DNA from: an uncultured Gemmatimonadaceae bacterium
GTDB taxonomy: Bacteria > Gemmatimonadota > Gemmatimonadetes > Gemmatimonadales > Gemmatimonadaceae
Direction: 5' to 3'
Assembly (NCBI GenBank): GCA_963736315.1
Contig: CAVTOB010000001.1
Span: 958,287-1,022,286 of the forward strand
DNA: 64,000 nt
Shown: positions 48,257 to 56,729 of the stretch, in pieces
How positions within the stretch are numbered: the first letter of the stretch is position 1
Layout: the number at the start of each line of letters is the position of its first letter
Notes under the pieces: model-generated
What the model was told of the DNA's origin: nothing
Database searches by the model: none
Seen by the model: the letters and a program-made list of their open reading frames with translations, nothing else
Made by a program: the position numbers and the translations under genes

Positions 48257-48700
48257 ATGTCGAACCCCGCACCATTGCCGGCGGAGCAAGGGCCGGTCGT
48301 CTGCTCCGACACGGACAAAGTGTCCGCGGCCGACGATTTTGTGCCGAACGAACCGGTGCAATTGGTGTTGCCCCGGCGCGCGCTCGCGGCGATCGATCCG
48401 ATAGCAATCATCGCCGAAGCGCGGCGTGATGGAGTGAATCCGGTGCGCATCGGCGTGGACGACCGGGGTGCGAGCGCCAGCGAAGTGCATCTCACGTGTG
48501 GGTTCACGATGGCCGTCCGAGTGGTTCGCGCGATCGAGCGGGCGGGGGCTGTCGCGGCGGACAAGTGCGACGGTCCGTTGGCGGCGGATCTAGCCGCCGC
48601 AAACGACGCTGTCCGCGCCGCCCTCGGCTCGCGCGTTCGACGCCCTATCCATTCGCGCCCGGAGCGCGAGGTCCCGGACCGAGTGAGTTGGAGCGGCTAA
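48257..48700 (+). CDS. Hypothetical protein
   Basis: 147 aa. This is the most coding-like of the overlapping frames. No family was recognised. Confidence 0.4.
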   Translation: MSNPAPLPAEQGPVVCSDTDKVSAADDFVPNEPVQLVLPRRALAAIDPIAIIAEARRDGVNPVRIGVDDRGASASEVHLTCGFTMAVRVVRAIERAGAVAADKCDGPLAADLAAANDAVRAALGSRVRRPIHSRPEREVPDRVSWSG

Positions 48701-48930
48701 TCCCCGGTGACCGCGGATCGAGCGGACTCGAGCGCTGCACAGACACGCGCGCATCCATCATCGCTCTCTTTGGCCACTGAGAGGGGCGAGCGTCCGTCGA
48801 GGGCCGCGCAGGGCATGACGAGCCAGTCCGCGGCGCCTACGCCGTCGAGATAGGCGCGAATCGCGGCCCGCACGACACGCGCGGCGCGGTCGTCGGCGGC
48901 GGGATTGGAAGGCTGGAAGACACTGATCAT
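48697..48930 (-). CDS. DUF2384-like small protein (paralogue of island gene 26421..26672)
   Basis: 77 aa. It shares NP..D.RA.RVVRAAIRA.LDGV.AADW ... DGR.PL.VAKES.DGC.RV with the island protein. Homology extends about 45 bp upstream of the start. Confidence 0.5.
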   Translation of the reverse strand: MISVFQPSNPAADDRAARVVRAAIRAYLDGVGAADWLVMPCAALDGRSPLSVAKESDDGCARVCAALESARSAVTGD

Positions 48931-48985
48931 CCTTCCTGTATCGGACGACGGCTCACGCTTCTTGATTCCGCCCCCTCGTTGACGA

Positions 48986-49225
48986 ATGGAAGCGATTCGA
49001 GACGCGCGCGCCTTCCTCGGCGAGGGATGCAGCGTTTACATAGACGGAGTGCATTACCCCGACTCGCGCGAGGTGTCGATCGAGCTTTACACGCGCAACC
49101 CTGAGAGCATCGCGATGATCGAAACCCATGCTCACTGGGACCCAAGCATGCCGTTTCGGTATCGCGACCCCGCGGCAATGAAGTGCGGAGTTCTGTTGGT
49201 GTGGACCAAGAATTGGTTGCCCTGA
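48986..49225 (+). CDS. Hypothetical small protein (weak)
   Basis: 79-aa ORF in a lower-GC patch. Composition is plausible, but the 3' end runs to within a few nt of the tRNA-like fragment. Confidence 0.3.
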   Translation: MEAIRDARAFLGEGCSVYIDGVHYPDSREVSIELYTRNPESIAMIETHAHWDPSMPFRYRDPAAMKCGVLLVWTKNWLP

Positions 49226-49228
49226 AAG

Positions 49229-49260
49229 CCGGTCGCAGGTTCGAATCCTGTCCCGTACCA
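49229..49260 (+). other. tRNA 3' fragment (T-arm plus 3' acceptor strand), possible att remnant
   Basis: ggtcGCAGGttcgaatCCTGTcccgtacca. The T-stem/loop is canonical, with 7 nt of acceptor strand. No complementary 5' acceptor strand or anticodon arm lies upstream. Confidence 0.6.
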
Positions 49261-49271
49261 GAGATGCGTGT

Positions 49272-49535
49272 ATGATCGACCGCGACCTCCTTCGAGCCGT
49301 CGATGCAAACGGCGGCGACCAGGTGTTCCAGCGAGCCACCATCGCCCCGGAGGCCGAAGTCGACGCGTTTGACGCGCTCGCCACGCTGCTGATGGAGCAT
49401 GTCAGCAGCGGGCACTTCGACCTGGTCAGCGCGCCGTTGCTCGACTACACGCGGGCGGACGTGCACTACACGGCGATTCACGTGCAGTTGACACCGGAGG
49501 GGCGTCGCATCGCGCGAGAGGACTCGACGATGTGA
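49272..49535 (+). CDS. Hypothetical small protein
   Basis: 87 aa with coding-like composition. No family was recognised. Confidence 0.4.
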   Translation: MIDRDLLRAVDANGGDQVFQRATIAPEAEVDAFDALATLLMEHVSSGHFDLVSAPLLDYTRADVHYTAIHVQLTPEGRRIAREDSTM

Positions 49536-49707
49536 GGCGGCGCCAAGCCGCCGGTGGGCATCGTGTCATGGGTAGTCGCTACGCGTTGGCAGACCGCTGT
49601 GCGCAACCCCGCGACGTGTTACGATAGAGCATGCTCCCCGCCCCCGTGGCGATGCGACATGCCAGCTGAATCCGGGCGCCCAGCGAGCAACGTGACCCGC
49701 GCCGGCA

Positions 49708-50910
49708 TCACAAGTCGCCGGTGAGCCGAGATGCCAGCGCTTCGCCGATCACGAGCGATGCCGTGGCCCCAGGACTTGGCGCGTTCAGCAGATGGATCGC
49801 GTTCGGACGTTGGACGAGGAGAAAGTCGTCGACGAGCGTTCCGTCGGGCCGAATCGCTTGGGCGCGAACGCCGCTGGGTCCACGAACCAGGTCGCGCAGC
49901 TCGACCTCCGGCACCAGCCGCTGCAGCGATCGGCAAAACATGGTGGCGCTCAGCGAGCGGCGGATCTCGGCGAAGGTCTGTCGTGGATAGCGAAGGGCGA
50001 AACGGCGGAGGCCCGAGAACGCAAGCGCTTCGCCGACATCGCGAACCGAGATGTCACGCCGGCGGTAGCCCTCCCGGCTGAGTGCCAGTACCGCGTTTGG
50101 GCCGGCCTCGAGTTCGCCGTCGATGGTACGCGTGAAGTGGACTCCCAGAAACGGGAAGTTCGGATCAGGAACCGGATAGACAAGGTTTCGCACGAGCGAC
50201 CGGCGTTCGGGGCGGATGATGAAGTACTCACCGCGAAACGGAACGATGCGGCAATCGGTCTGTTCTCCGGCCAACCGGGCGATGCGATCGGAGTGCAGGC
50301 CGGCGCAATTGATGAATGCTCGAGCGCGAAACTCGTTTGCGTCGGTGTCGATGCGCCAGCCGGATGCGTCGGCCTCGATCCGCCGGACGCGGGCGCCCGT
50401 CTGCACGGTGCCGCCCATGTTCGCGATCTCCGCTGCGAGCGCCTGAACAACCCGCCCGTAGTCGACAATTCCTTCTTCGGGCACGTGCACGGCGGCGACA
50501 CAACGGACGTTCGGCTCGAGCTCGGCCGCCTCGGTGGGACCGAGCCAACGCAGTCCGACGAGTCCATTGGCCGTCCCGCGCTCGAGCAGCGTGCGAAGCC
50601 GCGGGACCTCCGAGTCGTCGGCTGCGACGACGAGCTTTCCACAAATCTCATGGGGAACGCCGTGCTCGCGGCAAAACGCGGTCATCGCGCGAATGCCGCG
50701 CACCGCGAAATCGGCTTTGAGCGACCCGGGCTTGTAGTAGAGGCCCGCGTGCAAGACGCCGGAGTTGTGCGTGCTCTGATGCTGCCCGGGTGCCGCCTCC
50801 TTCTCGAGTACGACGACGCGGCGCGAACGGTCGGCTAGCAGCAGGGCACGCGCGGTCGAGAGGCCGATGAGGCCCCCACCGATGACGACGATCGAGGTTG
50901 ACTCTGGCAT
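49708..50910 (-). CDS. lhgO: L-2-hydroxyglutarate oxidase/dehydrogenase (FAD-dependent)
   Basis: IVVIGGGLIGLSTA (FAD dinucleotide fold), then LEKEAAPGQHQSTHNSGVLHAGLYYKPGSLKA, which is highly characteristic of LhgO. Confidence 0.85.
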   Translation of the reverse strand: MPESTSIVVIGGGLIGLSTARALLLADRSRRVVVLEKEAAPGQHQSTHNSGVLHAGLYYKPGSLKADFAVRGIRAMTAFCREHGVPHEICGKLVVAADDSEVPRLRTLLERGTANGLVGLRWLGPTEAAELEPNVRCVAAVHVPEEGIVDYGRVVQALAAEIANMGGTVQTGARVRRIEADASGWRIDTDANEFRARAFINCAGLHSDRIARLAGEQTDCRIVPFRGEYFIIRPERRSLVRNLVYPVPDPNFPFLGVHFTRTIDGELEAGPNAVLALSREGYRRRDISVRDVGEALAFSGLRRFALRYPRQTFAEIRRSLSATMFCRSLQRLVPEVELRDLVRGPSGVRAQAIRPDGTLVDDFLLVQRPNAIHLLNAPSPGATASLVIGEALASRLTGDL

Positions 50911-51053
50911 TGGCCAGCGAAGTCTACTCTCAACGGAAAACGGCGCCGGGGCCGCGGAGAAGGTGGCGATACGGCGGCCTCAGGCGGCCGTCGGAGCAAC
51001 GCGTTCCGCGTCCCGGTCGAGCACGGCGCGCGTATTGCACCCTCCCATCGAGC

Positions 51054-52490
51054 ATGAACCACGGTGTTGGTCGTTCAATCCTCGCGATACTGCTCGCCTT
51101 CACCGCTGCACCCCGATCCGCAGCCCAAGCCGGCGCTTCCGCCGACACGACGGGCGGGAAGAGCAATCTGGTCCCCGTCGTCGAGATCACGGGGTTCCTG
51201 ACGCTACTCAGCGTTTACGATCGCTTTGCATATGCCAACGCGGTGCAGGACGGCAAGAAGGTGTATTCCTCGACATTCTCGAGCACCTGGGATCATCTCC
51301 GCGAGCAGCGCTGGGTACACGACCAGGATCCGTTCAACGTCAATCAGTTCGAGCATCCCTATCAGGGTGCGACGATGTACGGTCTCGCTCGATCAGCCGA
51401 TCACGATTTCTGGACGTCGCTCGCGCACGCGAACTTCGGAAGCTTCGTATGGAAAATGGCCGGCGAGACCGATCCGCCGTCGATCAACGACCTGATCACC
51501 ACCGGCCAGGCCGGAAGCCTCCTCGGCGAGGCGCTGTACCGGATGGCGGACCTCGTCTTGAAAGACCAACCCAGCGGCAAAACGTCCCGCTGGCGCGAAT
51601 ACGTCGCCGATGCGATCTCTCCGCCGCGTGCCCTGAATCGTCGCGTGTTTGGCGAGCGCTTTCGAGCTCAACTTCCCGACAGCGCGCCAGCGACGTCGTG
51701 GCAAATCAGACTGGGCGCCAACCTCGACGCCGTCGCGCACGATTATGGGGCGCCGGCGACTCTTTTGAACCGAGCCGCGACGGCCGAGTTCTGGATGACG
51801 TACGGTCTCCCGGGAAAGCCCGGCTACGCGTACACGCGACCACTCGACTATTTCGATTTTCAGCTTTCCGCACTTTCGAATACCAGCAATCCGATCGAAA
51901 ACGTCATGATCCGCGGGCTGCTCGTGGGGGCCAAGACGGCGGAGACGGCCAATTCACGCGGGATCTGGGGACTGTACGGGTCGTACGACTACATCTCGCC
52001 GTTCCTGTTTCGCGTGTCGAGCACCGCCGTGTCACTCGGCACGACGCGTCAGTACTGGATCGTGCCTGGCCTCGCGCTTCAAGGCTCGATGCTTGGCGGC
52101 GTCGGGTACGGCGCGGCCGGTTCCACCACCGTGATCCCGAGCACGCCGACCAACGCCGCGATTCGCGACTACCACTTCGGCGTCACGCCGCAGGCGCTCC
52201 TTGCGCTTCGCTTCATCGCCGGCGACAGGGCGATGGTCGACATGGCGGGACGCGAGTACTACGTGAGCGGCGTGGGCTCCGACGACGTACATGGGTCGGA
52301 GACGATCTTCCGCGGCAACCTGGGCTTCAACGTGCGGCTCGTCGGCGGCCACACGATCGGGGTGCGGTTCGTCCAATCGAATCGCGACGCGCGCTACGGC
52401 AAGCTGCCGGACAAGCGGTTCGCTGAGGGGACCGTGACCCTCTCGTACTCATTCCTCGGCGCCCAGCAATTCGGTGCGGTGAAGTGGTGA
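51054..52490 (+). CDS. DUF3943-like secreted/outer-membrane protein
   Basis: ATG 51054 gives signal peptide MNHGVGRSILAILLAFTAAPRSAAQA. DPFNVNQFEHPYQGATMYGLARS resembles the DUF3943 core motif. Confidence 0.6.
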   Translation: MNHGVGRSILAILLAFTAAPRSAAQAGASADTTGGKSNLVPVVEITGFLTLLSVYDRFAYANAVQDGKKVYSSTFSSTWDHLREQRWVHDQDPFNVNQFEHPYQGATMYGLARSADHDFWTSLAHANFGSFVWKMAGETDPPSINDLITTGQAGSLLGEALYRMADLVLKDQPSGKTSRWREYVADAISPPRALNRRVFGERFRAQLPDSAPATSWQIRLGANLDAVAHDYGAPATLLNRAATAEFWMTYGLPGKPGYAYTRPLDYFDFQLSALSNTSNPIENVMIRGLLVGAKTAETANSRGIWGLYGSYDYISPFLFRVSSTAVSLGTTRQYWIVPGLALQGSMLGGVGYGAAGSTTVIPSTPTNAAIRDYHFGVTPQALLALRFIAGDRAMVDMAGREYYVSGVGSDDVHGSETIFRGNLGFNVRLVGGHTIGVRFVQSNRDARYGKLPDKRFAEGTVTLSYSFLGAQQFGAVKW

Positions 52491-52593
52491 AGCGGTGACG
52501 CATCACCCGGCATCGCGGCAGTCAGCGAGTGCTGGCCCAGCGCGATGATCGCGGCGTTCGAGTTCGCGGGAAATGACAGGGCCGCACGATGCA

Positions 52594-53502
52594 TCAGGGC
52601 GCCTTGCGGACTGTAATGATTCCCGAATCGACGATCTTGCCGGTGCGAGAGATCGCGTTGAAGTACATGGAGTCATCGATGATTTCCGCGATCAAGAAGG
52701 CATTGTCCGCGTCGAACCCGACAGCGGTCAGGCTCGTCCGGCGGAGATCGCCGCGACGCAACTCGCCTCCCGAGCCGACGACGAAGTAGGTAATGCCGTG
52801 CTGAGGCTTGGTGCGCTCGTAGACGTGATCGTGTCCGGAGAGGACCACGCTCACGCCGTACTTGATGAACATCGGTTCGAGCGTCGCTCTCAGCGCCAGG
52901 TTGGAGCCGTGCGTGGCGCTGGAGGAGTACACCGGCACGTGGAAGGTTACGATCTTCCATGCTTCCGACGACGTGCGAAGCTCGTTGTCGATCCACTTCA
53001 CCTCGTCAGGGGACATGTCCCCGCTCTCCAACACGAAGAACCGGACGTCCTGGTTGGGCGCCTTGAACGAGTAGTACAGCCTGCCATTCATGTTGAACGG
53101 CTTGTAGTCTCGCTCTTCCCGAAGGTCGTGATTGCCGAGCGCTGCGTAGAACTTCACGCCCGAGTCGAGGAGTGGCTTGTAGGGAATCTCGAACTTGTCC
53201 CGAAAGTCCTGTGGGCTCTCCGACCCCAGCAGGTTGTCGCCGACGGTGGTCACGAGATCGAATCGGAACCCGCCGTACGTCTTGATGAGTTGAGCCGCGG
53301 TCTGATACTCCGCCGCGTTTCCGTTTCCGAAATCGCCGAACGCGGCGAACTTGAGCGACCCGGCCTTGTTCGGAAGCTGAACCGGCCCGGGCGTCTGGGC
53401 GCCTTGCTGGGCTCTCGCGGCGGCAAACTCCCGGCCGATCGTGGGCCAGCAGAGCGCCAACGTCAGTGCGACGACGAGACGGCGAGCGTGCATGGGGATC
53501 AT
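52594..53502 (-). CDS. Secreted metallophosphoesterase (calcineurin-like / purple-acid-phosphatase-like)
   Basis: Metallophosphoesterase motifs occur in order: GDFGNG, VGDNL, GNHD, FHVP and GHDHVYER. There is a signal peptide from ATG 53502. Confidence 0.88.
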   Translation of the reverse strand: MIPMHARRLVVALTLALCWPTIGREFAAARAQQGAQTPGPVQLPNKAGSLKFAAFGDFGNGNAAEYQTAAQLIKTYGGFRFDLVTTVGDNLLGSESPQDFRDKFEIPYKPLLDSGVKFYAALGNHDLREERDYKPFNMNGRLYYSFKAPNQDVRFFVLESGDMSPDEVKWIDNELRTSSEAWKIVTFHVPVYSSSATHGSNLALRATLEPMFIKYGVSVVLSGHDHVYERTKPQHGITYFVVGSGGELRRGDLRRTSLTAVGFDADNAFLIAEIIDDSMYFNAISRTGKIVDSGIITVRKAP

Positions 53503-53518
53503 CGTGACCGCCTCCACG

Positions 53519-54607
53519 TCACGCCGTCTTGCTCTCTTGCACCGCCTCATGCACCGCATCCTTCACCGCCTTCTTGACGACTCGCTTCATCGTGTCCTTG
53601 ACGCCCTTGTCGTGCAGGACGTCCTCGCCGGCCTTGGCCACGGCTCGCTTCACCGCCTTCTTCATCGTACTGACGATCGGATCCAGGTCCTTCGTAAGGA
53701 CCTTGACCGCCTTCTCGGATTCCTTTTCCAATGCCACGGCCGTCTCCTTTTTTTCTTCCTTCGCTTTCGTCGACCGCTTTGTATCCCAGTCGGCCTCGAA
53801 CGTCTCGATCAGCTTCTTTACAGCCTTCGTATCCTGAATGATCAGACCCAGCTCACGGCGTGAATCGAGCTCCGGTGCACGCAAGCTCTGGCTGCCGATG
53901 AAGGCTTGGCGTCGATCGCGAATGATGGTGCGCGTGTGCAGCCGCACTTTGTCGAGCTTTTGCGCATCGAGCGGGACCCGTCCGGAAACCGTGCCGATGA
54001 CCCGAATCGCGACTCCCGCCTTCTGGCGCTCCTGGAGCACGCCCAGGAGTTCCTTGTCGGAGATTTGCGGATCGTAGATCAGCAACTCCTTCTTGGCGCG
54101 GTGCAGGAACGCGGTGAGCGACTTGCGAGCGTTCGCGGGGCTCACGACGAACGTCTCGGTCTTGGGGACGTACTTGGCGCGGCTGCAGTCGGCGCGAAAG
54201 AGCCGGCGGGCCTCGCGCACCCAATTGGCGCGCGTGGTCACGACGCCGAAGCCCCGGCTGTGATCGATGTCCAGGTGCGTGAAGTTGGTCGAGAGAACGC
54301 ACAGGATGCGGCGATCGATCACTATGAACTTGTCGTGGTAGCGGCTCAAGTCGCCGGAGGTACGGGCCACGATGATTCCCGCTGCGAGAAACCGAAGCTC
54401 CAGCTTGCGGAGCCCCGGCTCGCCGCCGCGATTCGTGTAGGCGATCAACGCCGTCACGCGGACGCCTTTCGCGACCGCCGCGACGAGGGCCGATTCGAGA
54501 TCCTTGCGATCGAAGCGGAAGACCGCGATGTCGATGCTCTTTTTCGCGTTCGTGATGGCGGACAGAATTGGCGCCACGCCGTCGGTCGGTTCGATGATGA
54601 GTTTCAT
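53519..54607 (-). CDS. Phospholipase D / cardiolipin-synthase-like family protein with a Lys-rich C-terminal tail
   Basis: The first HKD motif is YHDKFIVID. The second is a variant, LHTRTIIRD followed by GSQSL. The start overlaps the ABC exporter stop (ATGA). Confidence 0.85.
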   Translation of the reverse strand: MKLIIEPTDGVAPILSAITNAKKSIDIAVFRFDRKDLESALVAAVAKGVRVTALIAYTNRGGEPGLRKLELRFLAAGIIVARTSGDLSRYHDKFIVIDRRILCVLSTNFTHLDIDHSRGFGVVTTRANWVREARRLFRADCSRAKYVPKTETFVVSPANARKSLTAFLHRAKKELLIYDPQISDKELLGVLQERQKAGVAIRVIGTVSGRVPLDAQKLDKVRLHTRTIIRDRRQAFIGSQSLRAPELDSRRELGLIIQDTKAVKKLIETFEADWDTKRSTKAKEEKKETAVALEKESEKAVKVLTKDLDPIVSTMKKAVKRAVAKAGEDVLHDKGVKDTMKRVVKKAVKDAVHEAVQESKTA

Positions 54608-56538
54608 GCGGCGATCGGTGCCGGTTGAGTGGGTGCCGGTGTCGAGGGCGCCGACTGCGTGGGCGCCGGTTGAGCGGGGGGCGGCGGCTCGGCAACGCCG
54701 GCCGGCGTCGGAGGCTTCGCCGGCTCCTCCTGGGGGGTCTGGATCTTGAGCAGTTCCGCGTACACGCCGTTGAGCGCCATCAGCGTTTCGTGCGTGCCTT
54801 GTTCTGCCAGTGCGCAGTCCTTGATGACGAAGATGACATCCGCGTGACGGACCGTGCCCAGGCGATGAGCGATCACGACGGAGGTGCGGCCCTTCATCAG
54901 GGTTTGGAGTGCATCCATCACGGTCTGTTCGGACGCCGCATCCAGCCCGGCCGTGGGCTCGTCGAGGATCAGGATCGGCGTATTGCGAATGACCGCACGG
55001 GCAATCGCGATCCGTTGGCGCTGACCGCCTGACAGCGTCACGCCACGCTCACCGACGATGGTGTCGTATCCCTTGGGCATCGCCTCGATGAATTCACTCG
55101 CGTTCGCCAACTCGGCGGCGCGCTTGATCTCCGCCGATGACGCGCCGGGCTTCCCATAGGCGATGTTCTTCCAGATGGTCGTGTTGAAGAGCAGCGTGTC
55201 CTGCAGCACGAAGCTGATCTGATCGCGCAGCGACCGAAGCTTGTACTTGCGAACGTCGGTGCCTTCGACGAGGACCTGCCCGGACGCCGGATCGTAGAAC
55301 CTGGGGATCAAGCTGACGATGCTCGTCTTGCCCGCACCCGAGGGACCAACGATACCCGCGACCTGTCCCGCCGCGATCTTGAAACTGACGTCCTTGATGA
55401 TTGGCTTGTCGGGGGCATAGCTGAACGTGACGTTCTTGAACTCGATCTGACCGGTGAACTTCGGGGCAGGGCGTGCGCCGGGCAGGTCGCGAACGACGCT
55501 CTCGATGTCGAGCACTTCCTGAATTCGCTCGTAACCGACCATCGCCTTGGAGGCCGTGTCGGTCATCTTCGAGAGGTCGCGCATCGGCTTGTACATGTTC
55601 CCGAGATACATCAGGAAGACGATGAGCACGCCCGCGCTGAGCGATCCCGTCATCGCCAGCCGCGCGCCGTACCAGAGGACCAGGCAGGTGCCGACGGCGA
55701 CGATCAACGCGACGACCGGCGCCAGCTTGGCCTTGAGGTTTCGGGCCTGCATGCCGGCGTCGACGTTGGCGAGGCTCTCCGTCTCGAATCGCTCCTCCTC
55801 GTAGTCTTCGCGCGCAAATGCCTTGACTACGCGGATGGACGTCAGTGCTTCCTCGACGACGGAGAGGAGGTCGCCCTCCTTCTTGCGCACCGCCCGCGAG
55901 GCCTTCTTGATGCTCCGCGTGTAGCGGTACACGACCACGAAGAGCACCGGCATCACCGATAGGGCGATGAGCGTGAACCGCCAATTGAGATAGAGCATGA
56001 CGCCGATCATGCCGGCGATGGTCATCACGTCGACGAGAATGCCGAGCAGCGCCGATTCGATGAAGTCCTGAATGACCTCGATGTCGGTGGTGACCCGCGT
56101 GATCATGTCGCCCGTTCGTGTCTTGTCGTGTTCGGCGAGCGACAGCCGCTGAATGTGGTGGTAGATGGTCCGCCGCAGGTCGTGTCCCACCCACTGACTG
56201 ATGCTGGTGGTCAGATATTTCTCGAAGTACGCGCTGATTGCGCCGACGACTGCCACGACCGCGACCGCGGCCACGGCAAAATTCAACACCGCGTATGGCC
56301 CATGGCCGAACGTGCGGGTCACCGCCTGCCCGACGAGTCCCGTCAGCGTCTTCGCCTTCAGGATGTTGTCGACGACGATCTTGATCGGCCACGGATCGAG
56401 GATGCTGGCGAGCGTCTCCCCGAACACGGCGATGACCGCAATCGCCAGCGCCTTCCAGTGCGGCCGAACGAGGTCGATGATCCTCAGCCTTCTGAGCGGG
56501 GATCGAGACTTCACAGCGGCGGCGGAGTCAGCGGGCAT
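54604..56538 (-). CDS. ABC exporter, fused permease/ATPase (MsbA-like type I exporter) with a Pro-rich C-terminal extension
   Basis: ATG 56538 lies within the longer 807-aa ORF. There are six TM segments, then Walker A GPSGAGKTS, signature LSGGQRQRIAIARA and Walker B ILILDEPT. The tail is PAKPPTPAGVAEPPPPAQPAPTQ. Confidence 0.93.
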   Translation of the reverse strand: MPADSAAAVKSRSPLRRLRIIDLVRPHWKALAIAVIAVFGETLASILDPWPIKIVVDNILKAKTLTGLVGQAVTRTFGHGPYAVLNFAVAAVAVVAVVGAISAYFEKYLTTSISQWVGHDLRRTIYHHIQRLSLAEHDKTRTGDMITRVTTDIEVIQDFIESALLGILVDVMTIAGMIGVMLYLNWRFTLIALSVMPVLFVVVYRYTRSIKKASRAVRKKEGDLLSVVEEALTSIRVVKAFAREDYEEERFETESLANVDAGMQARNLKAKLAPVVALIVAVGTCLVLWYGARLAMTGSLSAGVLIVFLMYLGNMYKPMRDLSKMTDTASKAMVGYERIQEVLDIESVVRDLPGARPAPKFTGQIEFKNVTFSYAPDKPIIKDVSFKIAAGQVAGIVGPSGAGKTSIVSLIPRFYDPASGQVLVEGTDVRKYKLRSLRDQISFVLQDTLLFNTTIWKNIAYGKPGASSAEIKRAAELANASEFIEAMPKGYDTIVGERGVTLSGGQRQRIAIARAVIRNTPILILDEPTAGLDAASEQTVMDALQTLMKGRTSVVIAHRLGTVRHADVIFVIKDCALAEQGTHETLMALNGVYAELLKIQTPQEEPAKPPTPAGVAEPPPPAQPAPTQSAPSTPAPTQPAPIAA

Positions 56539-56579
56539 CGCTCTACACCGTGACGAACGCGAGATAGTCCGCGATTCGT

Positions 56580-56729
56580 CTAGACGACCCTTCGCCCCTG
56601 GATCACGCGCATGACAACGACGATGAGTGCGATGACCAGAAGGAGGTGAATGAGCCCGCCCATCGTGTACGCCGTCGCCATGCCCAGAAGCCAGAGGGCA
56701 AGCAGGACGACGATCAGCGTCATCAGCAT
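56580..56729 (-). CDS. lmo0937-family small membrane protein (49 aa, not in the ORF track)
   Basis: MLMTLIVVLLALWLLGMATAYTMGGLIHLLLVIALIVVVMRVIQGRRVV. GAGGAG lies 6 nt upstream of the ATG. The sequence pattern is that of the widespread lmo0937 family. Confidence 0.75.
   Translation of the reverse strand: MLMTLIVVLLALWLLGMATAYTMGGLIHLLLVIALIVVVMRVIQGRRVV

Noticed and set aside
49141-49260. Possible complete tRNA gene ending at 49260
   Set aside because: Only the T-arm and 3' acceptor strand are present. No complementary 5' acceptor strand, D-arm or anticodon stem can be drawn from the upstream 90 nt. It is kept only as a fragment.
50867-52426. 519-aa plus-strand ORF
   Set aside because: It is an alternative frame of the DUF3943-like gene. 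The Arg-rich sequence lacks a signal peptide or motifs. The 51054..52490 frame has a clear signal peptide and normal composition.
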